From NCBI GenBank assembly GCA_963575745.1, contig CAUYUJ010000086.1, positions 1 through 64,000 of the forward strand: 64,000 bases of DNA, read 5' to 3'. This document shows positions 48,285 through 61,277 of the stretch, piece by piece (position 1 is the first letter of the stretch; every line of letters begins with the position of its first letter). The position numbers and the translations under genes are program-made. Below the pieces are notes generated by a model. It was given only the letters and a program-made list of their open reading frames with translations. It did not search any database and was not told where the DNA came from. This DNA is from Prorocentrum cordatum. Lineage: Eukaryota.

Positions 48285-48364
48285 CAAAACGGACCCCGCG
48301 GATGGTTGGGAAAAACCCAACACCACAGGATGGTTGGGAAAACCCAACATTTCGGAACGTCCAT

Positions 48365-49050
48365 CGCGCGTTTCGTGGCCCCCTAGGGAAATCCATCGAA
48401 TACCCCAGTGGCTGCGTTCGCATGCGCTCACCGCGCCCCTCGGTACATTTCTTCACACGGTTCGTGGCCCCATAGGGAGCCCCACCGAAGACGATCTCCA
48501 CGAATGCGCCACTCGCAACTGCATATGGTTAGGCCCCTCGCCAGGCTATTGTTTTTCCCGACCATCCTGTGGTGTTGGGTCCTCGTTTTGAAGAGACAGC
48601 GCCCCGCGTCCCTCCCTCCCCCCCTCTCACCCGCCTCCTCCTCCCGCTCTTCCCTCCTCCCATCCCTGCCTCTGCCCTCCGCACCAGTCAACAATTTCGG
48701 CACGCCAATCGCACGTTTCGTGGCCCCATAGGGAGCTCCGTCGAAGGCCCCAGAGGCTACGTTCCCATGGGTCCGCCGCACCGATGTCGGCACACCGTTC
48801 ACATGGTTCGTGGCCCCAGATGGAGTTCCACCAAAGTCTCCAGTGGCTGCGTTCGCATGCGCCCGCCGCACCCATGTGGGCACACCCCTCACACGTTTCG
48901 TGGCCCCATCGGGAGCGCCATCGAAGGCCCCAGTGGTTGCGTTCGCATGCACCTGCCGCGCCCATTTCGGCACACCACTCACACGTTTCGTGGCCCCATC
49001 GGGAGCTCCACCGAAAGCCCCAGTGGCTGCGTTCGCACGCGCCCGCCGCA
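48365..49050. repeat. 90-bp tandem repeat (~6 copies in two blocks)
   Basis: cacgtttcgtggccccat recurs at 48712, 48802, 48892 and 48982, with two further diverged copies at ~48367 and ~48456. Confidence 0.85.
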
Positions 49051-49404
49051 CCTATTCACCTCTTCCTTATTCTTCTCCTCCTCATTCTCCTCCTCTTCCT
49101 CAATCATTTCTTCCTGTTTCTTCTCCTCCTCCACCTCCTCCTTATTCTTCTACTCTTCCTTCTACTCCTCCTCCACCTCCTCCTCCGCCTCCGCCTCCTC
49201 CTCCTCCTCCTCCTCCTCCTCTTCATTGTCCTTTTCATTCCCTACCTAGGCTCTGCCTAGAAGGGTTCTTACTGTCTTGGCTTAAAGGGGCTGGGCAGTG
49301 TAAACCGCCCCGGGCGGTTCCCCCGGTCTCCTGGGAGCCAAGCAGAAGCAACAGCAAAGGTAAAAGCAAACGCGCGGTTCCCCCAGTTGCGCTCCCTGGG
49401 TGCC

Positions 49405-49598
49405 AAGCAAAAGCAAAAGCAAAGGCAAAAGTGAAGGCAACAGCGAAGGCAAAGCAAAAGCATAGCATAACATAGCATAGCCTAGCCTAGCCCAGCATAG
49501 CATTGCGCAGCATAGCACAGCATAGCATAGCATAGCATAGCATAGCATAGCAGAGCAGAGCAGAGCATAGCATAGCATAGCATAGCGCAGCACAGCAT
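49405..49598. repeat. (GCAAAA)n and (GCATA)n microsatellites
   Basis: Seen directly. Confidence 0.95.
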
Positions 49599-50939
49599 CC
49601 ACTATTGCTGCTGCTCCTGCTAATGTTGCTTTCCTAGAGGCTCCAACTCCTAGGTAGTGTCGCTCTGGGACAATTATCCTCCTTTTCCTCCTCCTTCTCC
49701 TCCGCCTTCCTCCTCCTCCCCCCCTCCTCCACTCCCTCCTGTCTCCTCTCCGTGTCTCCTCTTCCTACCCCGTGTGCGTCGGCCCTGCAGGAGCGCGGCG
49801 CGAACTCAGATGTCTTGATCGTGTGACCTCCGTGGTGGGCGCTCTCTTGCCGTGCCGCTTGGGCGACGATGCGCTGTCATGATTTCGTGCTACATGTCCA
49901 GGTCGGACCTACGTCTCCGACGCTCATTGGTCTGGGCCGTTTTCTTACCGTGTCCGATATTCTTGATACTGAGAGTGCTGTGGGAAGCAACTGTTACCCG
50001 AAACTGAAGCTATGGTTCCGGGATTGAAGCTGGAACTGGAACTCGAATAAAGCACGGCGATGGGACAAAACCAAAAGCGGCGGTGGAGCTGGGGAACAAA
50101 AACACGGCAACACGACGACTGAAAGCAAACGGCCATTGAGTGCCAACGTAATCACACCGTGCTAGGTTGTGCTTTTGCCTCCCATGCTTCTTGTAACGCG
50201 TAGGGGTATTGTTCCCAACCCTTTCCTGGTTGCAGAGAACGGTGCTGGTCTCTGGTCTCCTCCTTCTCTTCCGCCTCTTTCTCATCCACCTTGCCCCCCT
50301 CCCGACTCATTCTGTCGCTACCTGGGCGCGCAGCTGCGCTGCTGGCAGCCCTTTCGTTCTCGTAGATGCTTGTGTTTTTTGTTCTTCCCGTTGGGAACGC
50401 AGCGGCACTTCTCAGCAGGACGCGGGCCCAGCCGCGGCGGGATGATTGTCTGCCGAAGGGTCAAGGATAACACTAGCAAGTCCTTGTGTATAACGTTGAC
50501 AAGTTCATGCTCGTGTAGAGAGCATGTGTGCCGTACCTTGCGAGTGCGATTGGGCCGCTGGTCACGGAACACTGTTGAATGCGACTCTTATTGTGGAAGG
50601 CGCGCGCCAGAGCACCTCAATGAGGCGTTCTTGGTCTCCAGGTTGCGTGTGGTGCTTGTGGTTTGAGGTTGTGAGGGCTTGCTCCTTCTCCTTTTCCTCT
50701 TCCCTCCTCCTTCTCCTCCTCCTCCTCCTCCCCCCCTCCCTCCTCCTCCTCCTCCTCCTCCTCCTCGTCCTCCTCCTCCTGGTCAGGCCTCGCATATTGT
50801 TGTTCGATATCTCTGTGCCTGCGGCAAGTCCCACCACTGTGCCAGCTCAGCCAGTCGGGTGGTAAAGCTTCTAACACCAAAGGCCGTCACATGTGACACC
50901 TTCCATTTTCACTTCTTGATCTGCCTTCACATGAAGCTC

Positions 50940-51562
50940 ATTTGGGCCGTCGTGGGGCTGTCTTTGGCTCCTGCGGGGCAGTCTTGTCAGTCTTGAGGCC
51001 CTCTTGGGCTGTCGTGGGCCTCTCTTTGGCCGTTTTGGAACCGTCTTGGCCGTCTAGGGGATCTCTTCGGGCCGTTGTGGGGCCCTCTTGGGGCCGTCGA
51101 TGGGCCGTCGATGGGGCCCCCTGAGGACGTCTTGGGTTCCTCCGGAGGTCCTGTTGGGCCAGCTTGAGCTAGAGGCTGTACTGGGCTTTCTTGAGGGCGT
51201 CTTGGAGGATTATTCGGCCGTCGTAGGACCATCTTGGAGGCCTCGAAAGCCGTCTGGGGTAGCAGGAAGCCTGAGTGGCGAAGACGCCCAAATCTTTGAA
51301 AGATCGAAATGGAATCGAACTATTCCTTCGGGCCTGCTGGGGCTCCATATGTGGCTCTCTTGAGCCTTCTTGCGGGCCTCCTGGGCCGTCTTGGAGGCAT
51401 ATTGGGCCGTTTTGGCAGTCTTGGTGGCTTCAACCGTCTTGGAAGCGCAGATCTATCGCTTGTTGCCAGAGGGGGGGTCCCTTGGAGGACTTCAGAAAAG
51501 CTGCGAGACAGCACTCGGAATTCTACCACGCCCGAACGTGCCTGGAGGCACGATTGGCGGAT
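50940..51562 (+). repeat. Dispersed cttggg-type repeat
   Basis: Same ~11-bp degenerate units; ends cacgcc...ggcggat. Confidence 0.7.
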
Positions 51563-53446
51563 GAGTGCACGATGCTGTTGTATGCACTTAGGTCGCCGTC
51601 TTGCGATGCGCCGCCCAAGGGGTGAAATTGCGGGACCCTTGCCGCGCCATGGGGTGTTCTTCATCACAACCAGCAGCCAGTGGCCTGGGAATATCAAGAT
51701 GTGGATGAGGAGTCGACACAGTACACTGCGATAAAGCGAGCACTGTCCACAAGGTGATGCTGCTCACGACGGTGATGTGGCTGATGATGACTGCGGTGGC
51801 GATCAAGGCGACGTCGACGCAGCTGACGACAACGATGCTGTCGACGATGGCTCAGTGCTGAAAGACGGTCGTGCGGCAGGCCTTGGGAGAGACACACCCG
51901 CCTGCGTGTAGACGGGGCTGCCTCCGCACCACGCCGCAGTGCCACTGGAAACCCATGCCAAGAAACACCCTGTTTGCCTTAGGTCGGGCATGTCCTCCTA
52001 CGGGCGGATTTTGGGCGACAGATAGACAACAATTATAGAAAAATCGTCCCCAGACTGTGTTTTGACTACTTTTGAAGATTCCAGCTGTAGAGGGCGCCCG
52101 ACCTGATGCTGGCCCCCAGGGTGCCCTGGGTGTCTCGAGTTTCGACGGTCCTCCTGCGGAGAGCGCGACGTTCCCGCACCAAGCATTCCATGGAAGTCCT
52201 GGGGTCTCAGGGTTGGGTTTCTCGTGGAAGGCCTCGTGTGGTCGAGCTCCTGCTGCAGGCCACCCTGGCGGCGGCAAGACCGCCGCGCGTCGCGCTGTCG
52301 CGGTCCGGGCCAGAGCCGCAGGCCTCCAGGCGTGGGCGGCGCGGGGACCGAAGCCTCTTTGGTCGGGTCGTATCGGTTGCAGGTCGGGTTGTCGTGCCCA
52401 CGTTCAGGGCGACCGTGGTCTCAGTGGATCTGTTGTTGTAGACGGCCCATGTTGGAGACGCAAATTATGGTCTGAAAAGTACGCTTCAGTCTGTGGCTTC
52501 ATCTGTCTCACAGTGTGCGTTTTCGTTCTGCGGAAAACATGATTCTCGGGACTCTTGTGGACAGGATCTTGCCCGATCTCTGTCGTGTAAGTGCGTCTTC
52601 TGGTGCTGCTGCCGTGCTTTGTAATTGCTTGCCGTGTGCCCGATGCCACGGCATCGCGATCGAGGCGCAGGTAGCGGGGCTCAGCGTTGGCGGGGGTCAG
52701 CCCAACCCCCTTCGACTCCCTCTGGTTGGCCCAGGCTTGGGAGCTACTTTGTGGCCGGCTGGGGCCCACGACTTGGCCTTGTTGGCGCTGACCCTGGCCA
52801 GCGCGTCCCCGACGCGACACCCTCGTCGGCGACAGCTGCATGTCCGGACTCCGAAGTCGCTACGTCCCTGCGCCCATACGTCTTAGCTGGGCCCCTTTTC
52901 GTCTGCCTCTGTCCCTCCCCGGCGTGGCTTTCTAGCTCTCGCTTACGCCGCCTCAAAACTGCCGCTCAGCAGCCAGCTACGTCGACGCTACCTGGGAGTC
53001 CTATTTTTTTGCAGTCCGCCGCGGTTCGTGACTATTCCGCACAGTGCCCTTGGTAGGCGATCACCGCTGGCTGCAGTCCCCTGGCGCGTCAGAGGAAACT
53101 GTGCACCCCCGCGTCGGTAGAGTGGAACAATTACTGGACACTCCCCCTTCCCCCCCCAAACTCAAAAATGGCACGCGCGGGGGAGACTGCGGTCGAGGTG
53201 CAGCTCATCAGACCCACCGCCAACTTTGAACAGTGGGGGGAGGGGGAGGCGTTGACAGATGTGGCATGAGTGTTCGCTATTTCTTCCGAGGCCTGGTGCG
53301 CTGCGGCTGGCAGGCGTCCTCGGACTGAGTGTCCGCTTGAAGCCGAACCTCGGGCCCGGGGGCCCACCCTCTGGCCCGCTATGCGAGTTTTGCGACCAGC
53401 CGCGTCGAGGGCGGGGGCCCGCGAAAGCAAACGCGATAGGACAAAT

Positions 53447-54684
53447 ATGATGATGATGCTGATAGTGATGCTGCTGCTGATGATGATGACGATGATACTG
53501 ATGACGATGATGCTGATGCTGATGATGATGGTGATGATGATGATGATGCTGATGACGCTGCTGATGACGAGGATGATGCTGATGCTGCTGATGATGATTA
53601 TGATGGTGATGATGATGACGATGACGGTGACGACGATGGTGATGGTGATAATGATGATGATGATGGTGGTGGTGATGATGATGATGCTCATGATGGATGC
53701 TTGTTGATGGTGCTGGAGATGGTTCAGATGTTGACAAACTATGGTTATGCTGAGGCAAATATTGGATTTAGGAGGCGGAACAGGTAGCAAACGGAGGGGG
53801 CATAGATGGGATGAGGAGGAGGAGGAGGAAGGCGAGGGGGGGGGAAGATGATGCTGCTGCTGCTGATGATGATGATGATGGTGCTGCTGATGATGATGAT
53901 GATGATGACGACGATGATGATGATGATGATGACTACGATGATGATGATGATGCTGATGATGATGATGATGATGACGATGATGCTGATAATGAGGATGCTG
54001 ATGCTGATGATGATGCTGATGAGGATGATGCTGATGCTGATAATGATGGCGATGCCAGTGACGATGATGGTGATGATGATGGTGATGGTGATGATGATGA
54101 TGATGATGATGATGAAGATGATGATGACGATGGCGATGACGATGACGGTGACAATGATGGTGATGGTGATGGTGATGATGATAATGCTGATGATAACGAT
54201 GCTGCTGCTGCTGCTCATGATGATGATACTGCTGCTACGATAGGGCAAAATGATGATGCTGCTGATGATGATGCTGCTGCTGATGATTATGACGATGATG
54301 ATGATGATGATGATGAGGCTGATGCTGATGACGACCATGATGCTGATGGCGATGCTGATGCTGATGATCCTGGTGATGCTGATGCTGATGATGATGATGT
54401 TGATGCTGATGCTGATGCTAATTATGATGATGCTGCTGATGATGCTGATGATGATGATGATGGCGATGCCTCTGCTGATGATGATGACGATGACGATGAT
54501 GATGATGGTGATGGTTATGATTATGATGATGATGCTGCTGATAATGATGATGCTGATGATAATGATGATGATGATGACGATGATGATGATGATGATGATG
54601 TCGATGATGATGATGATGATGATAACGATGGTGATGATGATAATGATGATGATGATGCTGATGATGATGATGACGATGATGCTT

Positions 54685-54720
<36 letters not shown>

Positions 54721-54826
54721 CTGATGCTGATGCTGATGATGATGATGATGATGATGATGATGAGGATGATGATGATGATGCTGATGCTGATGCTGATGCT
54801 GATGCTGATGCTGATGATGATGATGT

Positions 54827-54872
<46 letters not shown>

Positions 54873-55554
54873 GGTGATGATGATGACGATGATGGTGATG
54901 GTAGTGGTGGTGATGATGATGCTGATGATCATTGTTGATGCTTGTTGATGGTGCTCGCGATGAGTTTGATGGTGAGGAGACTATTGTTTTGATGGGGAAA
55001 TATGGGACGGAGAAGGCGGAGCAGGGAACAAACGAAGGGGCATGGATGGGAGGAGGAGGAGGACGAGGGGGAGGGGAAATAGATGACGACGACGACGACG
55101 ACGCCGTCTACGACGACGACGACTTCGACGACGACGATGATGCTGATGCTGATGCTGATGCTGATGCTGATGATGCTGATGATGACTATGATGACTATGA
55201 TGATGACGATGGTTATGCCTTTGATGATGGTATTGTTGATGATGAGGGTGATGCTGATGCGGCTGATTCTTCAGATTATGCTTGTGATGATGATGATGCT
55301 GATGATAATGATGATGATGATGCGGACGTTGCTGCTGCTGTTGCTGTTGCTGATGATGAGGCAGTTGATGATGGTGTTGATGATGCTTTTGGTGGTAGAG
55401 GTGGTGGGTTTTCCGTAATCTTGATTGATATAAATGCTGCTGTTGCTGATGCTGCTGCGGATGATGATGCTGATGATGCTGATGATGATGATGATGATGA
55501 TGATGACGATGATGATGATGCTGATGATGCTGATGCTGATGCTGATGCTGATGC

Positions 55555-55599
<45 letters not shown>

Positions 55600-56047
55600 C
55601 GATGACGAGGAGGAGGGGGAGGAGGAGGAGGAGGAGGAGGAGGAGGAGGTGGGGGTGGAGGAGGAGGAGGGGGATGATATTTGTGGGTGCGACAGCACCG
55701 CAGCATTTTCCCAAACACAGACCGACAGCGCCAGGTGGCAGGTTCACCTTCCCTGTTTGAGGACCAGTGTACGCCCAAGACTCGTCCACGGCGATGTCGC
55801 AACAACCCCTCCCTCCAAGCTCCTTCTTAACTGTCTGAAAATCGGAATTGTGCCAGAACGTCATTCCTGGGACTGCAACGCCGTGAATCACCGTTACCGT
55901 TGTGTCCCCACGATCCTGAAGCGTGCCAAGCACCATTCTTGGTGATGGTGACGATGATGATACTGATGATGACGATGCTGCTGCTGATGCTGCTGTTGCT
56001 GACGATGATGCTGCTGCTGATGATGATGACGATGGTGATGGTGATGG

Positions 56048-56087
<40 letters not shown>

Positions 56088-56605
56088 CCTGCTGATGATG
56101 ATGATGATGATGATGATGCTGATGACGACGATGATGCTGCTGCTGATGATGATGCTGATGCTGATGATCCTGGTGACGCTGATGATGCGGATGATGTTGC
56201 TGATGCTGATGCTGATGATGATGGCGATACTGATGAAGATGATGACGATGATGGTGACAATTATGGTGATGGTGATGATTCTGATTATGACAACCACGAT
56301 GATGCTGATGCTGCTGATGATGGTGAGTATGATGACTATGATGATGAGGATGGTGATGACTTTTATGATGATGCTATTCATGATGATGATGATGCTGCTG
56401 ATTATGCAGCTGATGATGACAATGATGATGCTGCTGCTGATGATGATGATGATGATTATGTTGACGATGCTGCTGCTGCTGATGATGATGATACCGTTGA
56501 TGATGGCGTTGATGATGCTTTTGGTGGTAGAGGTGGTGAGTTGTCCATGATGTTGATTGATCTAATTGCTGCTGTTGCTGATGCTGCTGATGCTGATAAT
56601 GATAC

Positions 56606-56646
<41 letters not shown>

Positions 56647-56716
56647 GTAATGCTGATGATGATGGTGATGGTGATGGTGATGGTGATTATGATGATGATG
56701 GTGATGATGATGATGG

Positions 56717-56764
<48 letters not shown>

Positions 56765-56830
56765 GGAGGAGGAGGAGGAGGAGGAGGAGGAGGAGGAGGA
56801 GGAGGAGGTGGGAGTGGAGGAGGAGGAGGG
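53447..56830. repeat. Compound (GAT/GCT)n and (GAG)n microsatellite array with ~1.15-1.25 kb higher-order duplication
   Basis: Trinucleotide tracts, with unique blocks duplicated at 55680-55940 / 56838-57100 and at 55380-55450 / 56512-56580. Confidence 0.95.
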
Positions 56831-57239
56831 GGAGGGTATTTGTGGGCGCGACCGCACCGCGGCATTTCTAAAAAAACAGACCGACAGCGCCAGGTGGCAG
56901 GGCTACCTTCCCTGTTTGGGGACCAGTATAAACCCAAGACTCGTCCACGACGATGTCGCAATAAACCCTCCCTCCAAGTTCCTTCTTTAACTGTCTGAAA
57001 ATCGGAATTGTGCCAGAACGCCATTCCTGGGACTGCAACGCCGTGAATCACCGTTACCGTTGCGTCTCCACGATCCTGAAGCGTGCCAAAACAGCATTCT
57101 TGGGATGTCAGCACCGCGAATCAACGTGACTGTTGCGCCCAGACATACCGACGTCGTGCCACAACACCCCTCCTGGGACGTTAACCATGATAATCTTTCA
57201 AGCTGTTGCAAATTCTGATGACGAGTGTGCGCGGCGCTC

Positions 57240-57545
57240 AGGCGAGAGTCACATTTTTAGAGCGGTCCACCGTCCATGTGTGAAACTCTGGCAAATGTTT
57301 AAGACGAGTATGCGCGTCGCTAAGGCGAGAGCCAGATTTTGAAAGCGGGCCGCCTCCATTCTTGAAGTTCTGGCAAAGTGTTAAGACGAGTGTGCGATGC
57401 GCCAATGTCAGAGTCACATTTTGAAAGTGGGCCGCCCTCCATCTGTGAGGCTGTTGCAAATTTTGAAATCGAATGTGCGCAGTGCCCAGGCGAGAACAAC
57501 ATTCTGAAAGTGGGCCGTCCTCAATTCGTGAAGCTCTTGCAACTT
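57240..57545. repeat. ~83-bp tandem repeat, ~4 copies
   Basis: gagtcacattttgaaagtgggccg-like units at about 57246, 57328, 57411 and 57492. Confidence 0.7.
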
Positions 57546-58433
57546 TTTACCGACCATCCTGTGGTGTTGGGTCTTCGCTTTGAAGAGACAGAGCCCCGCG
57601 TCACTCACTCCTCCTCTTGTCCCTCTCCTTCCTCCTCCCATCCCTTGCCTCTGCCCTTCGCATTTCCTTAGCGTCGTCATATGGGCGCATGCAGTTCAAC
57701 CTCCATTTCGCCGCACCGCTCGCACTTTTTGTGAGGGTTCCGCGAGTTCTCGGAGCGGCCCAGACTGACTCGAGCAAGGAGAGGAGGAAGAGGAGGAGGA
57801 GGAGGAGGAGGAGGAGGAGGAGGAGGAGGAGGAGGAGGAGGAGGAGGAGGAGGAGGAGGAGGGGAAGGAGGATGCTCGCTAGTTCGCCTGGGGGAGCAGC
57901 AGAGGCCCAGACGGACGCGAGTCAGGGTCGACGAAGGAACCGCTGCGCAGGCCCGAATTACCGGAGGTCCGCGCGGATTTCTTGCGTCGGCGCTGGACCG
58001 GCCCCCTGGCGGCGCCTCTTGTACCACCCCACGGAGGCGCCGCCAGGGGGTCTGCGCCGACCCAAAAACGACGCGCGGGTCTCCGACAGCCTACTGGTGT
58101 TCGGCGGCGCGCCCAGGGGTGAACACAGAAGGGCTGGGCCTTCCGAGAAGGCTGAGAAAGCTTCTTGCCTCATGAGAAGCTTTCTACCCGTTCTGCCAAG
58201 ACAAAGAGGGCTTCTTAGAAGGCCGGAGGGCTTCTGATGAGCCCCGCCACTTTCTGAGAGGCCCTGTCTCCTCTGCCTTCCCCCCTTGGCGCGCCGCCAA
58301 CAGTTATGTGAATGTCCTTCTTTCTCTAGAGGGGTGGGGTCATCCCTTCGCTTGGCAGCGCTTGGGTCCGCGAAGGCGCCCGACAGGCGAGGAGACGGGC
58401 GGCAGTGCCCCTTGCAAGGACCGATCCAAAGAG

Positions 58434-58523
58434 TATGATGATGATGCTGCTGCTGCTGCTGCCGCCGCCGCTGCTGCTGCTGATGATGATGATGATGCCG
58501 ATGATGATGATGATGCCGATGAA

Positions 58524-58587
<64 letters not shown>

Positions 58588-58606
58588 CTGATGATGATGA
58601 TGATGC

Positions 58607-58686
<80 letters not shown>

Positions 58687-59073
58687 GTGGTGGTGATGAT
58701 GATGATGCTGATGATGATGAGGCTGCTGATGCTGATGCTGATGCTGATGCTGATGATGCTGATGCTGATGATGATGATGTGATGATTCGGAGGAGGAGGA
58801 AGAGAAGAAGGAGGATGAGGAGGAGAAGGAGGGATGATGATGATGATGCTGATGCTGATGCTGATGATGATGCTGATAATGATATGAGGATGAGGATGAG
58901 GATTAGGATTCGGATGATGATGATGCTGATGCTGATGCTGATGCTGATGATGATGATGCTGATGATGATGCTGATGCTGATGCTGATGCTGATGCTGATG
59001 CTGATGCTGATGCTGCTGCTGCTGCTGATGATGCTGATGATGCTGATGATGCTGATGATGATGATGCTGATGA

Positions 59074-59107
<34 letters not shown>

Positions 59108-59115
59108 GGTGGTGG

Positions 59116-59153
<38 letters not shown>
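58434..59153. repeat. (GAT/GCT)n microsatellite
   Basis: Seen directly; runs into the assembly gap. Confidence 0.97.
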
Positions 59154-59253
59154 NNNNNNNNNNNNNNNNNNNNNNNNNNNNNNNNNNNNNNNNNNNNNNN
59201 NNNNNNNNNNNNNNNNNNNNNNNNNNNNNNNNNNNNNNNNNNNNNNNNNNNNN
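59154..59253. other. Assembly gap (100 N)
   Basis: Run of N. Confidence 1.
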
Positions 59254-60132
59254 ATCTCGTGGTTGACCTCTCGGGGGCGTCTGGAAGGCAACTTGAAGCC
59301 TCTTGGGGGCCGTTGTGGGGCCTCTTGGGGCCTCTTTTGGGCATCTTGGGGCTTCCGGAGGCCGTCTTCGGCGCATCTTGGGGGCGTCTTGGCGCCGCTC
59401 GGGGGCCTCTTGGGGCCTGTTGGGGGCCTCTTGGGGCTTCCCGGGGGCCTCTTAGGGCGGAAGTCTCGAATTCTCGGTTCCTCGTCCCCCTCTTGGCCGT
59501 TTCTTGGGCCCGTCTTGGGGCCCTATTGGGCCGTTTTGGGCGCCTCTTAGGCTGTCCTGGGGCCTTCTTGGGCCGTCTTGGGGCCCTCTTGTAGGCCTCT
59601 TGGGGCGCTCTTGTAGGCCTCTTGGGGCGCTCTTGGGCCGTCTTGGAGTGTCGGAAAGCCGAAAAGGCGAGAAGGCCAGAATCATTCAAAAACCTATGTA
59701 AAATTGACGATTTTGGCGCCTGGGGCCCTCTTGGGTGTGCTCTTGGGGCTCTCTTGGAGCGTCTTGAGGGCCTCTTGGGCCGTCTTCGGGCCGTCTTGGG
59801 CGTCTTGGGGCCATCGTTCGTCGAGTCGAGGCCCTATTGTACCCTTTTGGGGGTGTCTTCTGTCGCTCTTGGCTCGTCTTGAAGCTTTTCTGAGCTCCGG
59901 GACCCCCCGGGGAGGATGCGTATCTGGGTGGCGACCCCCCCCGGGGACCCCCTCCGGCGACCCCCCCCCCCCACCCCCCCCCACCCCCCCCGGCGGGGAG
60001 GGTAGGGAGGGGCTTCGCCACGACTCAACTACGACGTTGCTCAATGTCGCTTTGGCTCGCGCGCTCAAGGAGACGGGGAACGACGAAGACGACGAGGGAC
60101 AACGGAGACGGAGACGACGAGGACACGACGGA

Positions 60133-60180
<48 letters not shown>

Positions 60181-60242
60181 GATCCACGCAAGACGACGAC
60201 ACCGGGATGCGTCTTCCACACGCCGACAGGGTCGGCGGATTA
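59254..60242 (+). repeat. Dispersed cttggg-type repeat with (GAC)n tract
   Basis: ~11-bp units; gaattctcggttcctcgtcccctcttg is shared with ~46686; ends cacacgccgacagggtcggcggatt. Confidence 0.75.
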
Positions 60243-61009
60243 TTTTCCTCTCTACCCCGAACATCACCACTGAGTCGCCCGCCTCCTCTGCGTATTGTGT
60301 AAGACACAGGAACTCGACATCTTGCCTTTCCTATGTGTGTCTTTTCTTGATCGGATCTTTTCCGGTGTCTCAGTGCAGCGTTGCCGCCGCTGCGTTGGCC
60401 TCATTTTGGGATCGGCGCTGTGCTCTCGTCGTTCAGAGAGGCGCTCTCGCCCCAGCGCGGGCCGATTCTTTTCTAGATCGGAGTCTTTCCATCGTTGTCT
60501 CCCCCTCCTCTCCATTCTTCTGCCTTCCCCTTGTCCTCCTCCTCCTCCCGCTCCCGCTCCTTCTGTTCCAGCTTCCGCTTCTGCTGTTCGTCCTCGTCGT
60601 CCTCCTTCTTCCTCCTTTCCCTCCTCCTTTTCCGCCTCCATTTCCTCCTGCTCATCCTCTTGCTCATCCGTTACCTCCTCCCCCAATGCACGCAGTTCCC
60701 TTTCTCCGACTGCGCATAACACGACTGTGTTGGTGCAATTCCAGGTCCGCTGCGATACACTTCGGTGGATAGAGAAGAACTCAGCGCAGTTGGAAGGGAT
60801 GGATGGGTGGGTGGGTAGGATGTCAGCTATAGCGCGAGCGCACCTAGCCTGCCCTCCCCCCTCTCCCTCCTTATCATATTTCTCCTCCTCCTCCTGCTCC
60901 TCCTTCAAGCCCCTTGAAGCTGCAGAACGTTAGCACGCCGCTCAATGATAAAAATCTCGAAATCGAACGAGATTAGGTAGTGAGGCGGAAGCTCAAACCC
61001 ACCACTCGG

Positions 61010-61277
61010 TCTTCACCCTCTTCTTCTTCTTCTTCTTCTCCTTCTTCTCCTTCTCCTTCTTCTCCTCCTCCTCCTCCTCCTTCCTCTTCTTCTCCTCCTC
61101 CTCCTCCTCCTCCTCCTCCTTCTCCTTCTCCTTCTCCTTCTCCTCCTCCTCCTTCTTTTCCTCCCCGTCCTCCCGCTCCCCTTCCTCCTCCTCCTCCTTC
61201 TCCTCCTCCTCCTCCTCCTCCTCCCACTTCCGCGGAGGAGGAGGAGGAGGAGGCGGAGGAGGAGGAGGAGGAGGAGG
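61010..61277. repeat. (CTT/CCT)n then (GAG)n microsatellite
   Basis: Seen directly. Confidence 0.92.

Noticed and set aside
52400..53050. Possible degenerate LINE ORF2 C-terminal remnant
   Set aside because: Only a vague resemblance (VLCNCLPCARCHG) with no RT motifs; cannot be supported without a search.
53131..59689. Poly-D, poly-M, poly-I, poly-H and poly-S ORFs
   Set aside because: Artefacts of (GAT)n microsatellites.
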